From Zygophlyctis sp. KS116 (taxonomy: Eukaryota; Fungi; Chytridiomycota), in assembly GCA_054661495.1 (NCBI GenBank), contig BAAFSQ010000234.1, positions 1-15,539 on the forward strand: a DNA stretch of 15,539 nt, in the 5' to 3' direction. The notes under the pieces are model-generated. The model had not been told where the DNA came from. It did no database searches and was given only the letters and a program-made list of their open reading frames with translations. Each line of letters begins with the position of its first letter. Position 1 is the first letter of the stretch. Of this stretch, positions 1-13,148 are shown one piece after another. The position numbers and the translations under genes were made by a program.

Positions 1-19
1 ATTTACGTGATTTTTCGTG

Positions 20-1518
20 ATGATTATGGCAGATATGCAACAAAGGATTATGACAGTTGATGGTGACTTTGGTACTATTCGGTATAAAGGAGCATTGCCA
101 GGAAAAGATGGGGAATTTTGGGGAATAGAATGGGAAGATGTAGCAAAAGGAAAACATTCAGGAGTATTTCAAGGACAACAAATCTTTAAGCCAAATGTGG
201 AAAATTCAGCAACGTTTCTTCCAGTTCATTCAAAAAAGATTATATTTAAAAAAGGATTTCAGGAGGCTTTGATCGATAAATATCAGGAATCACAACCTGA
301 TGACGGTGTCTTATCGTTGGGTGATTCAACAATTGAAGTTGAAACGGTCGGTTGGGAGAAAATTAAACAAAAACAGCACAATCTTTCTAATCTGAATATT
401 GTGGGACTAGCAGGCTATGGAATCGGTTATTGTTCAAATTCGCTAAAAGTGCAAGATATATGTCCCAGAATTCAAGATTTAGATTTATCTAAAAATTTGT
501 TTGATGAATGGGCAGATATAAGGGATATAACTTGTGGGTTGTCAGAGCTGGAGTCTTTGAGATTGACATTAAATCGGTTTAATCCTGTTAATATTGATAT
601 GAGTGGTGCTTTTAACAAACTTAAAAGAGTTATATTAAATGCAACTCTAATCAGCTGGTCTGATTTGATGAAAGTTGCGCAAAATATGCCATTAGTAGAA
701 GAGTTACATTTTGGATGGAACAATGTCACAAAAATAGACACCATTGGTATTATTTTACAATTTAATATTTAGTCAATCTTAAATGTTTGAAATTGTTAAA
801 TTTAGAACATAATCTACTAGAATCTTGGGATGAAATTTCAAATCTGATAAATCTTTCAAATCTAGAGGTCTTGTATCTTCAAAATAATCCAATCAAGAAT
901 GTTGAATATAATACTGGGGATTTTCTTAAATTGAAAACGCTTAATTTGCATGAATCTAACCTTGGAAATTGGATGGATATTCACTCTCTAAATCTGTTTC
1001 CCTGTTTAACAGAAATAAGATTGAAAAATGTTCCAGTACTAGAAAATAATCCTGATGTTGCTGCTACATTAGCTGCAAGGCTAGGAAAAGTCTTAGTTTT
1101 GAATGGATCAAAGTTGAGCTCTCGCAGAAGATTAGATGCTGAACTTTGGTATATTAATCAGGGGTTCAAGGAAAAAGATATTCCGAATTTTGACCTTGTT
1201 CATCCTAGATACCAAGAACTCGTTCAACTTCACGGAGAACCTGTAGCTGTCCCTATTGAATTATCATCTAATATTCTCAAAGATCGCTTACTAGTCTTAA
1301 ATCTCAAGCACAAGGACAAAACCATTCAGAAAAAACTCACAAGTACATTCAAAGTCCGTGCACTCAAGATGCTAATGAATAAGCTTTTCAAAGTTAATTC
1401 TTCAGATAGTCAAATTATTTTACTTGAAGAACCAGTCATCGAACTTGATGATGAATGGAAAGATTTGGCATGGTATGATGTTAAAACCGGACATGAACTA
1501 GAGCTACTGATTAAATAG
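20..1518 (+). CDS. TBCE: Tubulin-folding cofactor E (CAP-Gly + LRR + C-terminal ubiquitin-like); join(20..746,773..1518), about 490 aa
   Basis: CAP-Gly motif GTIRYKG..WGIEWED..KGKHSG, LRRs (LDLSKNLF, LNLEHNLL, LYLQNNPI) and a UBL tail (ELDDEWKDLAWYDV). Removing the 26-nt intron 747-772 joins the two ORFs in frame (IDTI-V-NLKCLKLL). The start could be ATG 20 or 26. Confidence 0.93.
747..772 (+). other. 26-nt spliceosomal intron in TBCE
   Basis: gtattattttacaatttaatatttag; GT-AG, phase 1, restores the LRR frame. Confidence 0.9.
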
Positions 1519-1542
1519 TTTTTTCGTATATTCAAATTCTTT

Positions 1543-2109
1543 TTATTCTTCCTTGGTCCAAATATCTCCTTCATCATCATCGACCTCACCTTGAATCTCA
1601 TCTCCAAGATCTAGACCAGCATCGGACTGAAATTCTGACGAATGCTCTTTCCTTAAAATCCCAGATATTAAATAAAATTTAGTACCTATATCCCAATCAT
1701 CTTCTGCTAATTCTGAATATGAGTTATCATCTACACTTTTTGTCTCATCTATTTTGTCCGAATCTCGTTCCAAGAGATTATCGATCGAAAAGTTATTAGA
1801 TACTATATCCGCTGTAATACCATTTGAGTAATCATGTTCTGGACTTGATAAATCTGTGAATTCAAAAAACTCTGGATAATCAAATGTAGAACTTGAGCCT
1901 TGCTCCAAAGGAAACGATAGATCAGGCGTAGTTAGCGTCAAATCTGGCTCATCTGATGTTATGATTGAATCTAAGAAGGCTTCCCATTCATGATCTTCTA
2001 GATATTCTGGCTCACCAGGGGGCTGATAAATCATGTTTGACTTGGTCATATCAATGGCTCCATAAGGATCTGCAGACACCACGAATTTAGAATGCGGCTG
2101 TTTGGGCAT
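1543..2109 (-). CDS. Hypothetical very acidic, probably disordered protein (about 188 aa)
   Basis: Open frame filling the gap between TBCE and the DsbA-like gene; first in-frame ATG at 2109 (MPKQPH); D/E/S-rich; no family recognised. Confidence 0.6.
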   Translation of the reverse strand: MPKQPHSKFVVSADPYGAIDMTKSNMIYQPPGEPEYLEDHEWEAFLDSIITSDEPDLTLTTPDLSFPLEQGSSSTFDYPEFFEFTDLSSPEHDYSNGITADIVSNNFSIDNLLERDSDKIDETKSVDDNSYSELAEDDWDIGTKFYLISGILRKEHSSEFQSDAGLDLGDEIQGEVDDDEGDIWTKEE

Positions 2110-2161
2110 ATAGTCTAATTTCAAGGAAGCTTTTCTGTAAGAGTTATGAATCGAAAGTCTG

Positions 2162-2200
2162 CATGGGAAGTCAAAGATTGATCATGGGAAGTCAAAGATT
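2162..2200. repeat. Perfect 18-bp direct repeat CATGGGAAGTCAAAGATT x2 (21-bp period) in a divergent promoter
   Basis: Copies at 2162-2179 and 2183-2200, with a 3-bp spacer. Confidence 0.9.
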
Positions 2201-2241
2201 ATAAAAAAGCCTTCGATTAGCCTCAAAGTTTAACGCTTAAA

Positions 2242-2847
2242 ATGAATACAAAGCAACTTTTTGTTGGGACTAGCATTGGATCTCCTACAGCACCAAATGT
2301 ACTAGAATTTTTTTGGGATTATTGTTGCCCATACTCTGCAAAATCATTTAATATGGTATATAATCTTGTTATACCAACTATGGAGTCTTTGTATCCTGGA
2401 GAATTCAAATTTGTGTTTCGTCATTTAGCTCAGCCTTGGCATCCTCAATCAGCAATGATGCACGAGTCTGCAATTGCAGTAAGAATGATTGATCCTTCTC
2501 TCTTCTTTAAATATTCTAAACTTTTGTTTGAACGTCAGGAAGAGTTTTTTGACGATCAAACTTACAATCTTTCTCGCTCTGAAATATATTCTAAATTAGC
2601 AAATTTAGCTAAACAAGTTGGAGTAGATCAAGATAAAATGACTTCACTTTTGGCTTACAAAGATATTCCTGGAAGTCATAATTCTGGAAATGAAATTACC
2701 CAAAAATTGTTGATTTTAACTAGAATTGCTCGTAAACAGGGAATTCATTACACTCCAACAGTTTTAATTAATGGACTTGAAGACTTGTCTATTCAATCTT
2801 CATGGGATTTGGAGACTTGGAAAGCATATATGAACAAGCTATTATAA
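2242..2847 (+). CDS. DsbA/thioredoxin-fold protein (fungal Thioredoxin_4-like)
   Basis: FWDYCCPYSAK active-site region, QPWHPQS motif and the cis-Pro loop GIHYTPTVLING; AAAATG start context. Confidence 0.88.
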   Translation: MNTKQLFVGTSIGSPTAPNVLEFFWDYCCPYSAKSFNMVYNLVIPTMESLYPGEFKFVFRHLAQPWHPQSAMMHESAIAVRMIDPSLFFKYSKLLFERQEEFFDDQTYNLSRSEIYSKLANLAKQVGVDQDKMTSLLAYKDIPGSHNSGNEITQKLLILTRIARKQGIHYTPTVLINGLEDLSIQSSWDLETWKAYMNKLL

Positions 2848-2883
2848 ATTCAGAAAGAAACGTATATTTTTTACATTCTACTA

Positions 2884-6235
<3,352 letters not shown>

Positions 6236-6251
6236 ATTCTATTAGTCATCC

Positions 6252-6848
6252 ATGGTCACGCCCCTAGCACACTTGCCGCACTTTAAACTTATGATTTCCT
6301 CCTCATTTGATGAGCAAGTACATCTTCTTGAAGAAGACAGAAGAAAAGGAAGGTGCTGGTGCTGTTGGGAAGAAGATGAAACTGCCAACAATCCTCTGAT
6401 AAGAGTCTGCAAAGGCTGTAAAGATTTGGATCTTCAATGGATTCATCAGGATTGCATTGACCGATATATTTCTCTATTACCTCCCCCAAGAACTGGTCCC
6501 CTAATAGACTCTGATCAAGATTTTGCCTGCACCCGTTGTAAAGATCCATATATTGTTGAATCTAGAAGGACATATCCTCTAATTGCTCTTAAATCTGAAC
6601 CGTTTCTATTCCCTTCAATGATAATCATTACTCTATGTATGATTGTCCTTACAGCATCATGCATTAGTCTAATTATTGATAACCTGCACTCTGGCTTTGT
6701 CTTTTATTTTGATATACCTATTTGGATGATTGGAATGTTTATGTTGTTATTTTGTCATATGGTAAATACTGCCACTTGGATTCTAGTAATTCAATATTGC
6801 TCTGGTAGATGGACTAGACATGTATTACAGATTAAAGAAGATAATTAA
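6252..6848 (+). CDS. RING-CH (RINGv/MARCH-like) membrane E3 ubiquitin ligase with two TM helices
   Basis: CWCC..NPLIRVCKGC..WIHQDC..CTRC zinc-ligand pattern followed by two hydrophobic segments. The true start may be ATG 6291. Confidence 0.8.
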   Translation: MVTPLAHLPHFKLMISSSFDEQVHLLEEDRRKGRCWCCWEEDETANNPLIRVCKGCKDLDLQWIHQDCIDRYISLLPPPRTGPLIDSDQDFACTRCKDPYIVESRRTYPLIALKSEPFLFPSMIIITLCMIVLTASCISLIIDNLHSGFVFYFDIPIWMIGMFMLLFCHMVNTATWILVIQYCSGRWTRHVLQIKEDN

Positions 6849-6890
6849 CATTTTATGATTAGCAAATAATTATGCCACATCTATTCCAAA
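6481..6890 (+). repeat. Left copy of 410-bp direct duplication (3' part of RING-CH gene, 21-bp spacer, last 6 codons and stop of LEU5)
   Basis: Aligns without gaps to 14315-14724 (offset 7834), with 6 mismatches. Confidence 0.97.
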
Positions 6891-7322
6891 CAAGAAATTG
6901 ACCTTGTTCATCAGTCTTCCATCAAAGCTTTTGCCAGAGCTCTTGCCAAAGTCAGACGTCCCGAAGTTGATACTCACACTCTTCGCAATGGAACACTTAC
7001 AGAGCACGACTTTGCTGATACAATCAATTTGCTTCTTTCAATTGGTGAACAAACCGTCACTGCAATCAACTCAAATGTCCCAGTCAGCCCATTCCCATAC
7101 AACGTTAGCACTCACATGGACGTCGACTCCCGAATCAAAGTTTTGACTCGAAGAATCACAGTACACAAGTCTGAGATACCATCTGGTCGAGACACCAGCT
7201 CACAAGCTACTCATCTTCAACTCCGTCAGTTTATTGGTCAAGACTTGGCCGCTTTGGAGCTTTGTTTCGAGAATCAAAAGGATTTCAACGACTATACAAC
7301 AAAACAGTTCAATTGGAAATAA
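6891..7322 (+). pseudogene. 5'-truncated ORF of unknown family (143 codons, QEIDLVHQSSIKAFARALAKV...KQFNWK)
   Basis: The frame is open from the island junction to TAA 7322 with no ATG at or upstream of the junction. About 44% GC by hand count with strong C-ending codon bias. Confidence 0.6.
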
Positions 7323-7406
7323 ATTCTTGTTTCTTGTCATTTAAACAAAAGTATAATAGGTGTTGAATTTTCTTCATTTAACAAATATAGTAATTTCTCT
7401 CCATCC

Positions 7407-9618
7407 TTATAAATAGTACTTTATTGACATATGATTCTGAGAAATCAACTTTTTAATTAGAATAAACATATCCAAAGTTAATCCATTGCAACAGCCATTG
7501 CCATTTATAAATACAACATTATTATACTGTTCTTCTCTCTGATGGGTTCCCAAATATAACCACATCAATAGACTAACAGACTCATCGTTAGTCTTTGACT
7601 TTTTTAGTTGGCTTTGTATTGTCTTGTCACTTGAAAGATTAAAAGACGCCTTGCTTGAAACAGCAATATTACCCTTATTTGAAGGTAATATAATGTCGTG
7701 ATGAGCATTGTGAGTTTTACAGTTGTGAATGACAGCTAAAGGTAACTCTTGATTCACAAATGCCTCTTTTTCAGGTAAGATCATCCCTAAAGAGAAATCA
7801 ACATATATATCGGATAAAGTTTCCACTGTTTTTGCATTTGAAACGTTGTAAATGTTTAAAATTGAAAATAATTGTTGATTGGGATGTTCCAATTTATAGA
7901 GATAGTATTTTACAGCCAAACTAGAAGCAAATAATGATTCATAACACATCCCAAGATTATACAAATCGAGCTGCCTGAGCTTATCGTAGGATACGAACAG
8001 GTTATTGATATCCAAATTCGGAATTAATGATTTGCAACTGTCCACAATTCCAGCTCTTGTTTTCGTATAATCACCCATTTGACGATTGGTAGGAGTCTTG
8101 GCTGCCCACATTAGCCTAAAAGGTATGATATAGCAATTATCCAAATAAGGAAATATGATAGACATAGAAATCAGATGGGCCCATAAAATAGTCGTACCAG
8201 GAACACAAGAATTGATGTCACGAACTTCCCAATGAGCCCCACAACATAATAAAATGTGAGGAATATCATTACCAGTGAATTGAGGATTGTAGAGGAGTTC
8301 TGCAATTTCTGGATAGAACTGGATTGCGACATTTTCATAATCTTGAAGCGGAGCTATTCGGTCTGTAAGATATGAATTAGTTTTGTGATCAAACCATGCT
8401 AAATGAGCTAAAAGTAATAGCCTTGGAATCTTATATGAAGCATACACGAGAGAATTAAACATTTCTTCATCTTGATCTGTCATTATTACGCTTTGGCTCC
8501 CAATAACATTCTTATACTCTGTTCTTTGTTTCCAAAAGGTTTTGTAATCTTCCTCCTTGCGCAGAGTAGACAAAGACACAAACTGAGGGACGAATTTAGA
8601 CTTTTCTGTGATAAAGATGATATTTCCACTATTTGTGCCAGTACATATGCAAACTGGCTTGTGCAATCCAGCCAACTGAGTAAGCAAAAACGATAAAAAC
8701 GAATGATATATAACATGACTATCCTTAAATTTTGACTGGATTGTAGTTTGTTTCAATAATCCTTGAATTTCGTCAAGCAAGAATACCGGTGGAGACATGC
8801 AGTTGACTCCAAAAGCGAGATTGGTGAGGCGAATGTACTCGTCCATCATATCGTCTGCATTCCGTTTTAACGAGTTCTTTACCCACATTTTAAACCTAAG
8901 TTGACTTCCAATAATGGTAGTAATAGTCTCAAATTGACTGATTTTTTCAAAGTGAATTCCATCCACTTGAGTTCCATCAAACATACGGCATAAAAAGTAA
9001 ATCATCAAGCGAGTAAAGAATGTTCCAATGTCTTCTTCAGTATTCACAGCAGTTCTTGCAGCAGCACCGGCAAAATCAAAAGAGAGAATGCGACCATATT
9101 GAAGTGCATCAATAATCAAATTATTTTTCAAATTCTCTTTAACAAGCTGCATCCCTATAGCCTCCATAAACGCCGTCTTCCCCATTCCTCTACTAGTACT
9201 GCAAATAATTGGCTGATACTTTTCTACTTCCCTCTTTGATATTATCCAATTTACTTGCTGGATAACATTGTCTCTGGCCAAAAGAGCATTTTCACCAAAA
9301 TGCTTCAGGTACACTTCAATATCAGGATCAAAGAAGGGGAAATAGTGATTGTTTTTGGATTGATATATAGCAGAATCAAAAGGACGGATATCAATATCCA
9401 TAGCTGTTCCTGTTGTTATTTGGGAAACAATACCTTGATTTTGGTCTCTCTGCAATATTATAGTTTTCTGCTTTAGAAGCTCTTGCTCTTTGTCTCTGAG
9501 CTGCTCATGGTTTCCAAACTTTTGCTTTTCCTTTGGAGTCATAGTCCTTATCCAATAGCTCTTCAATAGCATCAAGTTTAGTGTTCAGTTTGTTGATTTC
9601 AGTTTCAATTTGGTCCAT
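7407..9618 (-). pseudogene. Crinkler-type (CR) P-loop NTPase + restriction-endonuclease-fold protein, with a frameshift near 9541
   Basis: Walker A STSRGMGKT, Walker B VFLLDEIQ and C-terminal HHDIILP..IAVSSKAS (PD-(D/E)xK-like). The probable N-terminus MDQIETEINKLNTKLDAIEELLDKDY starts at ATG 9618 in another frame. It may still be translated from ATG 9542. Confidence 0.7.
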
Positions 9619-9839
9619 TTGTTGAAAGAATTATTTTAAGTGAAAAAAGGTGGGCTACCATGAAACATCAACAGCAATGCAACGTCAATTTCAAATAAGA
9701 ACTAATGCTTTTGATTATAAATTAAAACTTTATTCCCTGCATTTGTTTTGCTCAAAGTTCCAATTGAATTCCATTGATTCGTTGTTGAAACGCATCTGCG
9801 TCTCCCTTGTCACTTGCATTCTTTGCTAAATTAATGTTA

Positions 9840-11886
9840 TCATGTAGAGTATGACACACATGATCCCACAGAAAAAGAATTTAATGCAGATGAACATGCA
9901 TTCCGTTTTGCTTCTGATTTAGATTTCCCTAATCCAGACGCAATGCATAAATTATCAAGCCAGATGTGACATGTAAAACATTAAAAAGATCAATCTATGA
10001 TATTTCATTCAGTTGTCGAACACAGCTTTTTGAGTCTTGGTTAAAAGATAATACTAAAAGAGGAAGAATTATCTGTTTAAAGTCTTCAATGTTCCAATTT
10101 AAATCAATTAGAATTGCTCCACAAATAGATTCCCAGACATCACTCCCAAATTTGGATAAAGAGTCTACTAGTCCGTGATTTTTAGCCAATACTGAAAAGT
10201 TTCGGTCACAAATTAGACCTTGTCTGGAATCATTCAATTCTCCAACAGAATTATTGTTACAAGATTTGAAAAGGAAAATTGTACAAATTATTTCTAAAGG
10301 CTGAATCACCCAGGCATTCAAGCCTTTTAAACATCTTTAAATCGTGCTTATTGCATATTTCAGTGCCTAATGCAGATCTTAAAAGATTTTTGTTTGAAAA
10401 ACTGTATTTCAGAGATTGTTCAACTTTTGATAATTCACCATTGCTATGAAGGATCTTTTTAGGAATATCAACTAACTTGCAATGTAAAACTCCAATGTCA
10501 TATAAAAAGTCTTTGCATTTATCAAGTCCTTTGCTTAAATAAATTGCTCCTAAAAAGGCTTCAAAGCAGTCTGCAATCATTTTGGTTGTTATTGAAAGCA
10601 AGTTTAGATTTTCACGGGTGAAAAAAGGTGGAATCTAGTCTTTTGCACGTAATGGTTGTGTAACAAGTAAATTTCCAAGATTCAGCTTTTGGCCAACGAG
10701 GTACAGATTTTTGTTTGACACTATTAATGATCTTGATGGAGATATAGGGTGGTCAGGAGCCATTTTCCATAAATCTACCGTAACTAGATACTTTAGTATT
10801 GAATCACCGATAAATTCTAGTTTTTCATAATTCATATAATCTTGTGCAGCGGGCGTTAAGAATGTTTCAACCAGGTGATTCATATCTGAATCCAATCCAT
10901 TCAAATCATTAAATTCGCTCAAAATGGCATGCACGTCAATGAGCGTATTGACAATGTGAATAAGCGAAATGCATCGATATGGTTGTACTAAGCATGATTT
11001 TTCTAACAAAAGTGCATCGGAAGTTAGATTTTGAAATTAGCCTTGCTTGAATTAGTATATCATCAGATAGATCACCATATCCTCGAGATTCAAAAAAAGC
11101 TCGGTATGTCATTTGCAAATCATCAGAAAATGAATCTAAAGTTATAATGCTTTCAATCCCCAGACATCTGTACAGATTTAGATTATGCTTGCTTCTGATC
11201 ATTAGATTAGTAAGATAGTCTGGACTAGATAGATCTTTAGGAGCAATATCAATTAGATTATATTGCAAATTTTGAATCTGTGAAATAAAATCCCAATCAA
11301 TATCCCATCCAACAGAAACGCCTTCCAGTCTGAAATGAATAGGACAAATCAAGTAGCTCTTTGAAGTGTTTTCTAGTTTTAAATTTGTCATGAGTTCAGA
11401 ACATATATAAATCTGAAATTTTTTGATCATTTCAATCTGAGAAACGTGAAGCTGATATGTTTTTGTATCTATAGAAATTTGATTCTGACTTATATTTGAG
11501 GTCCAGTTTATTTCTTTGTCTATGAAGTATACGCTTGGAATATTCAAAAGAGTAGGCAAAAATACTGCAAATCCTTGGCCGTATGCTTTTAATCGCGGGA
11601 TGAATAGATGGATGTAAACATTTACAAGATCAGATTCCAAATTTGGCTGAATGCAAGACACGGAAAGAATTTGTTTTTGTCATCTTCAATGCTATTGTAT
11701 GATCCAAAAGCCGTGTTTGCAGTGCTATTCTTTTGAAGTAAGTCATTTTCCGAATATATTAGAGTTTGAGAACTTTTAACTTGTCCGAGTTCAATACTGC
11801 TTAATCCAGGATCCAAAACCTTGAAACTCTTTATAGAAACAATCTTCTCCAGATCTTTCAACAAATCCCAATTCTTCCATTACCAT
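9840..11886 (-). pseudogene. Dicer-like pseudogene (platform/PAZ-like - RNase IIIa - RNase IIIb - dsRBD; no helicase visible)
   Basis: RIIIa YEKLEFIGDSILK / KMIADCFEAFLGA; RIIIb KRLECLGDSA / SDVWESICGAI; dsRBD ASGLGKSKSEAKRNA. Frameshifts at about 11635, 11022, 10297 and 9985, and a TAG in place of the W.PP tryptophan at 10635-10637. Confidence 0.85.
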
Positions 11887-11960
11887 TTTTACTTTAACTA
11901 GAGTCCCTTGATTCTCTATTTACAAAGGAAGAACTCAAAGAATGTAACGAAATTGAAAAT

Positions 11961-12659
11961 ATGGACTGTGAATTATTAGCATTTCATTTTACTGCTAAAT
12001 CTAATCTAGGATGGATATCCTGGAAAGAAAGAGAAGCATCGTTATTTAGATTATTGGAAAGAATATTTAATGCGCAGAGCTGTTGTATGAATTTTACTAA
12101 TCGCTACAATGAAATCATTATAGAATTTAGTGCTCCGTGGAGTCAAATTGAAAGGTATTTAGAAAATATTTATAATAGAGTCTCAAAGTATGTACGTCAG
12201 GGACAATTAGCAAGTGAAATAGATAAGACTCATGGCATTTTAAAGGATTGTGTATTGGCTAAATTAGTTTCTGTTCCCGGGAAAAGAGTTGATGGTAAAA
12301 GTAGTCTAGAAAGTATTCAGGATCGCGTATTAGCACTTACATCAATTGATTATACTCGGAAAAGAGAGATTGTCGCATTAACTACACAATTTGATTTTTT
12401 AAGAGATAAAGCACAGGCAGCTCTAGATATATTTGAAGAGGAATATGATCAAAAGCTTCATGATAAATGTATCTCTAAATTCCAAAATATTGAAAAGAGA
12501 ATTATTGAAATTGTTGATCAGGATTTGAAGATTTTAAGATCTGATATTTGTAATCTTTCTGATTGGAAACTTGTAATTCTTAAACAACTTGTAATTTCCA
12601 CTGTTAAGAACTTTTTAGCCCTCTTAGAAAGTGAAACATTGAATAAAGCAATTCGCTAA
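11961..12659 (+). CDS. Hypothetical alpha-helical protein, possibly the 3' exon of a truncated gene
   Basis: 232-codon ORF. The frame stays open upstream to 11898 and begins at an acceptor-like tttttactttaactag (AG 11900-11901). Confidence 0.5.
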   Translation: MDCELLAFHFTAKSNLGWISWKEREASLFRLLERIFNAQSCCMNFTNRYNEIIIEFSAPWSQIERYLENIYNRVSKYVRQGQLASEIDKTHGILKDCVLAKLVSVPGKRVDGKSSLESIQDRVLALTSIDYTRKREIVALTTQFDFLRDKAQAALDIFEEEYDQKLHDKCISKFQNIEKRIIEIVDQDLKILRSDICNLSDWKLVILKQLVISTVKNFLALLESETLNKAIR

Positions 12660-12762
12660 AAGCTCTGCTAAAACTGTCCAATCATACCGAAAAGTGAGAA
12701 AGATTCATTAAAGTTTATTGATACCATTAAAAACCCAGTGGGAAAAGGCATACAAATCATAT

Positions 12763-13059
12763 TCATCGGCGACGGCTACTGTTATATCGCCTTGCAGCGT
12801 TAGCCCAAAAAGACCTCTTTTGATAAGATGAAAAGGATTTGATTGTTTTCTCTGCTTTTCGAGCATTAGATGACCAAACAGCTCCAAGTGGTCTGAAATA
12901 AGTTCCTCTTCCAACCCAGGACGATTTGTTTCCATTACGAACATTTCTAATGTGTTCACCACATCTTACAGATGGACTTCTGGTGGTCATACCAGTGTAA
13001 ATGCTTTTCGACCCATCATTCCTTGTGCTTTCACCCACGTAAACCCATCCAGCAGTCAT
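12763..13059 (-). CDS. Small stand-alone GIY-YIG endonuclease (UPF0213/SLX1-like), 98 aa
   Basis: GWVY..IYTGMT..R.GEH..ARKAEKTIK match GIY-YIG motifs including the catalytic R and E; AAAATG context; basic tail. Confidence 0.82.
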   Translation of the reverse strand: MTAGWVYVGESTRNDGSKSIYTGMTTRSPSVRCGEHIRNVRNGNKSSWVGRGTYFRPLGAVWSSNARKAEKTIKSFSSYQKRSFWANAARRYNSSRRR

Positions 13060-13148
13060 TTTATTTTAGGAAAGGTGTTTATTAATGTATCAAATCATGG
13101 AAATTATTATCTCTCAATTTCACAGACTAAACAACAACTTCATATTTT

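Noticed and set aside
9754-9859. Possible extra Dicer exon via a 34-nt GTGTGT..TTTAG intron (9826-9859)
   Set aside because: It is in frame, but the donor is unlike the GTA donors seen here and the added peptide is unrecognisable; unsupported.
9640-10631. 14-bp exact repeat GTGAAAAAAGGTGG at 9640 and 10618
   Set aside because: One copy is inside Dicer coding sequence; it is low-complexity and plausible by chance.
10635-10637. TAG readthrough or alternative genetic code in the Dicer-like gene
   Set aside because: TBCE terminates at TAG, long host ORFs have no internal TAG, and the gene also has frameshifts.
9985-11660. Micro-introns explaining the Dicer breaks
   Set aside because: No frame-restoring GT-AG pairs at the breaks; conserved motifs run directly across them.
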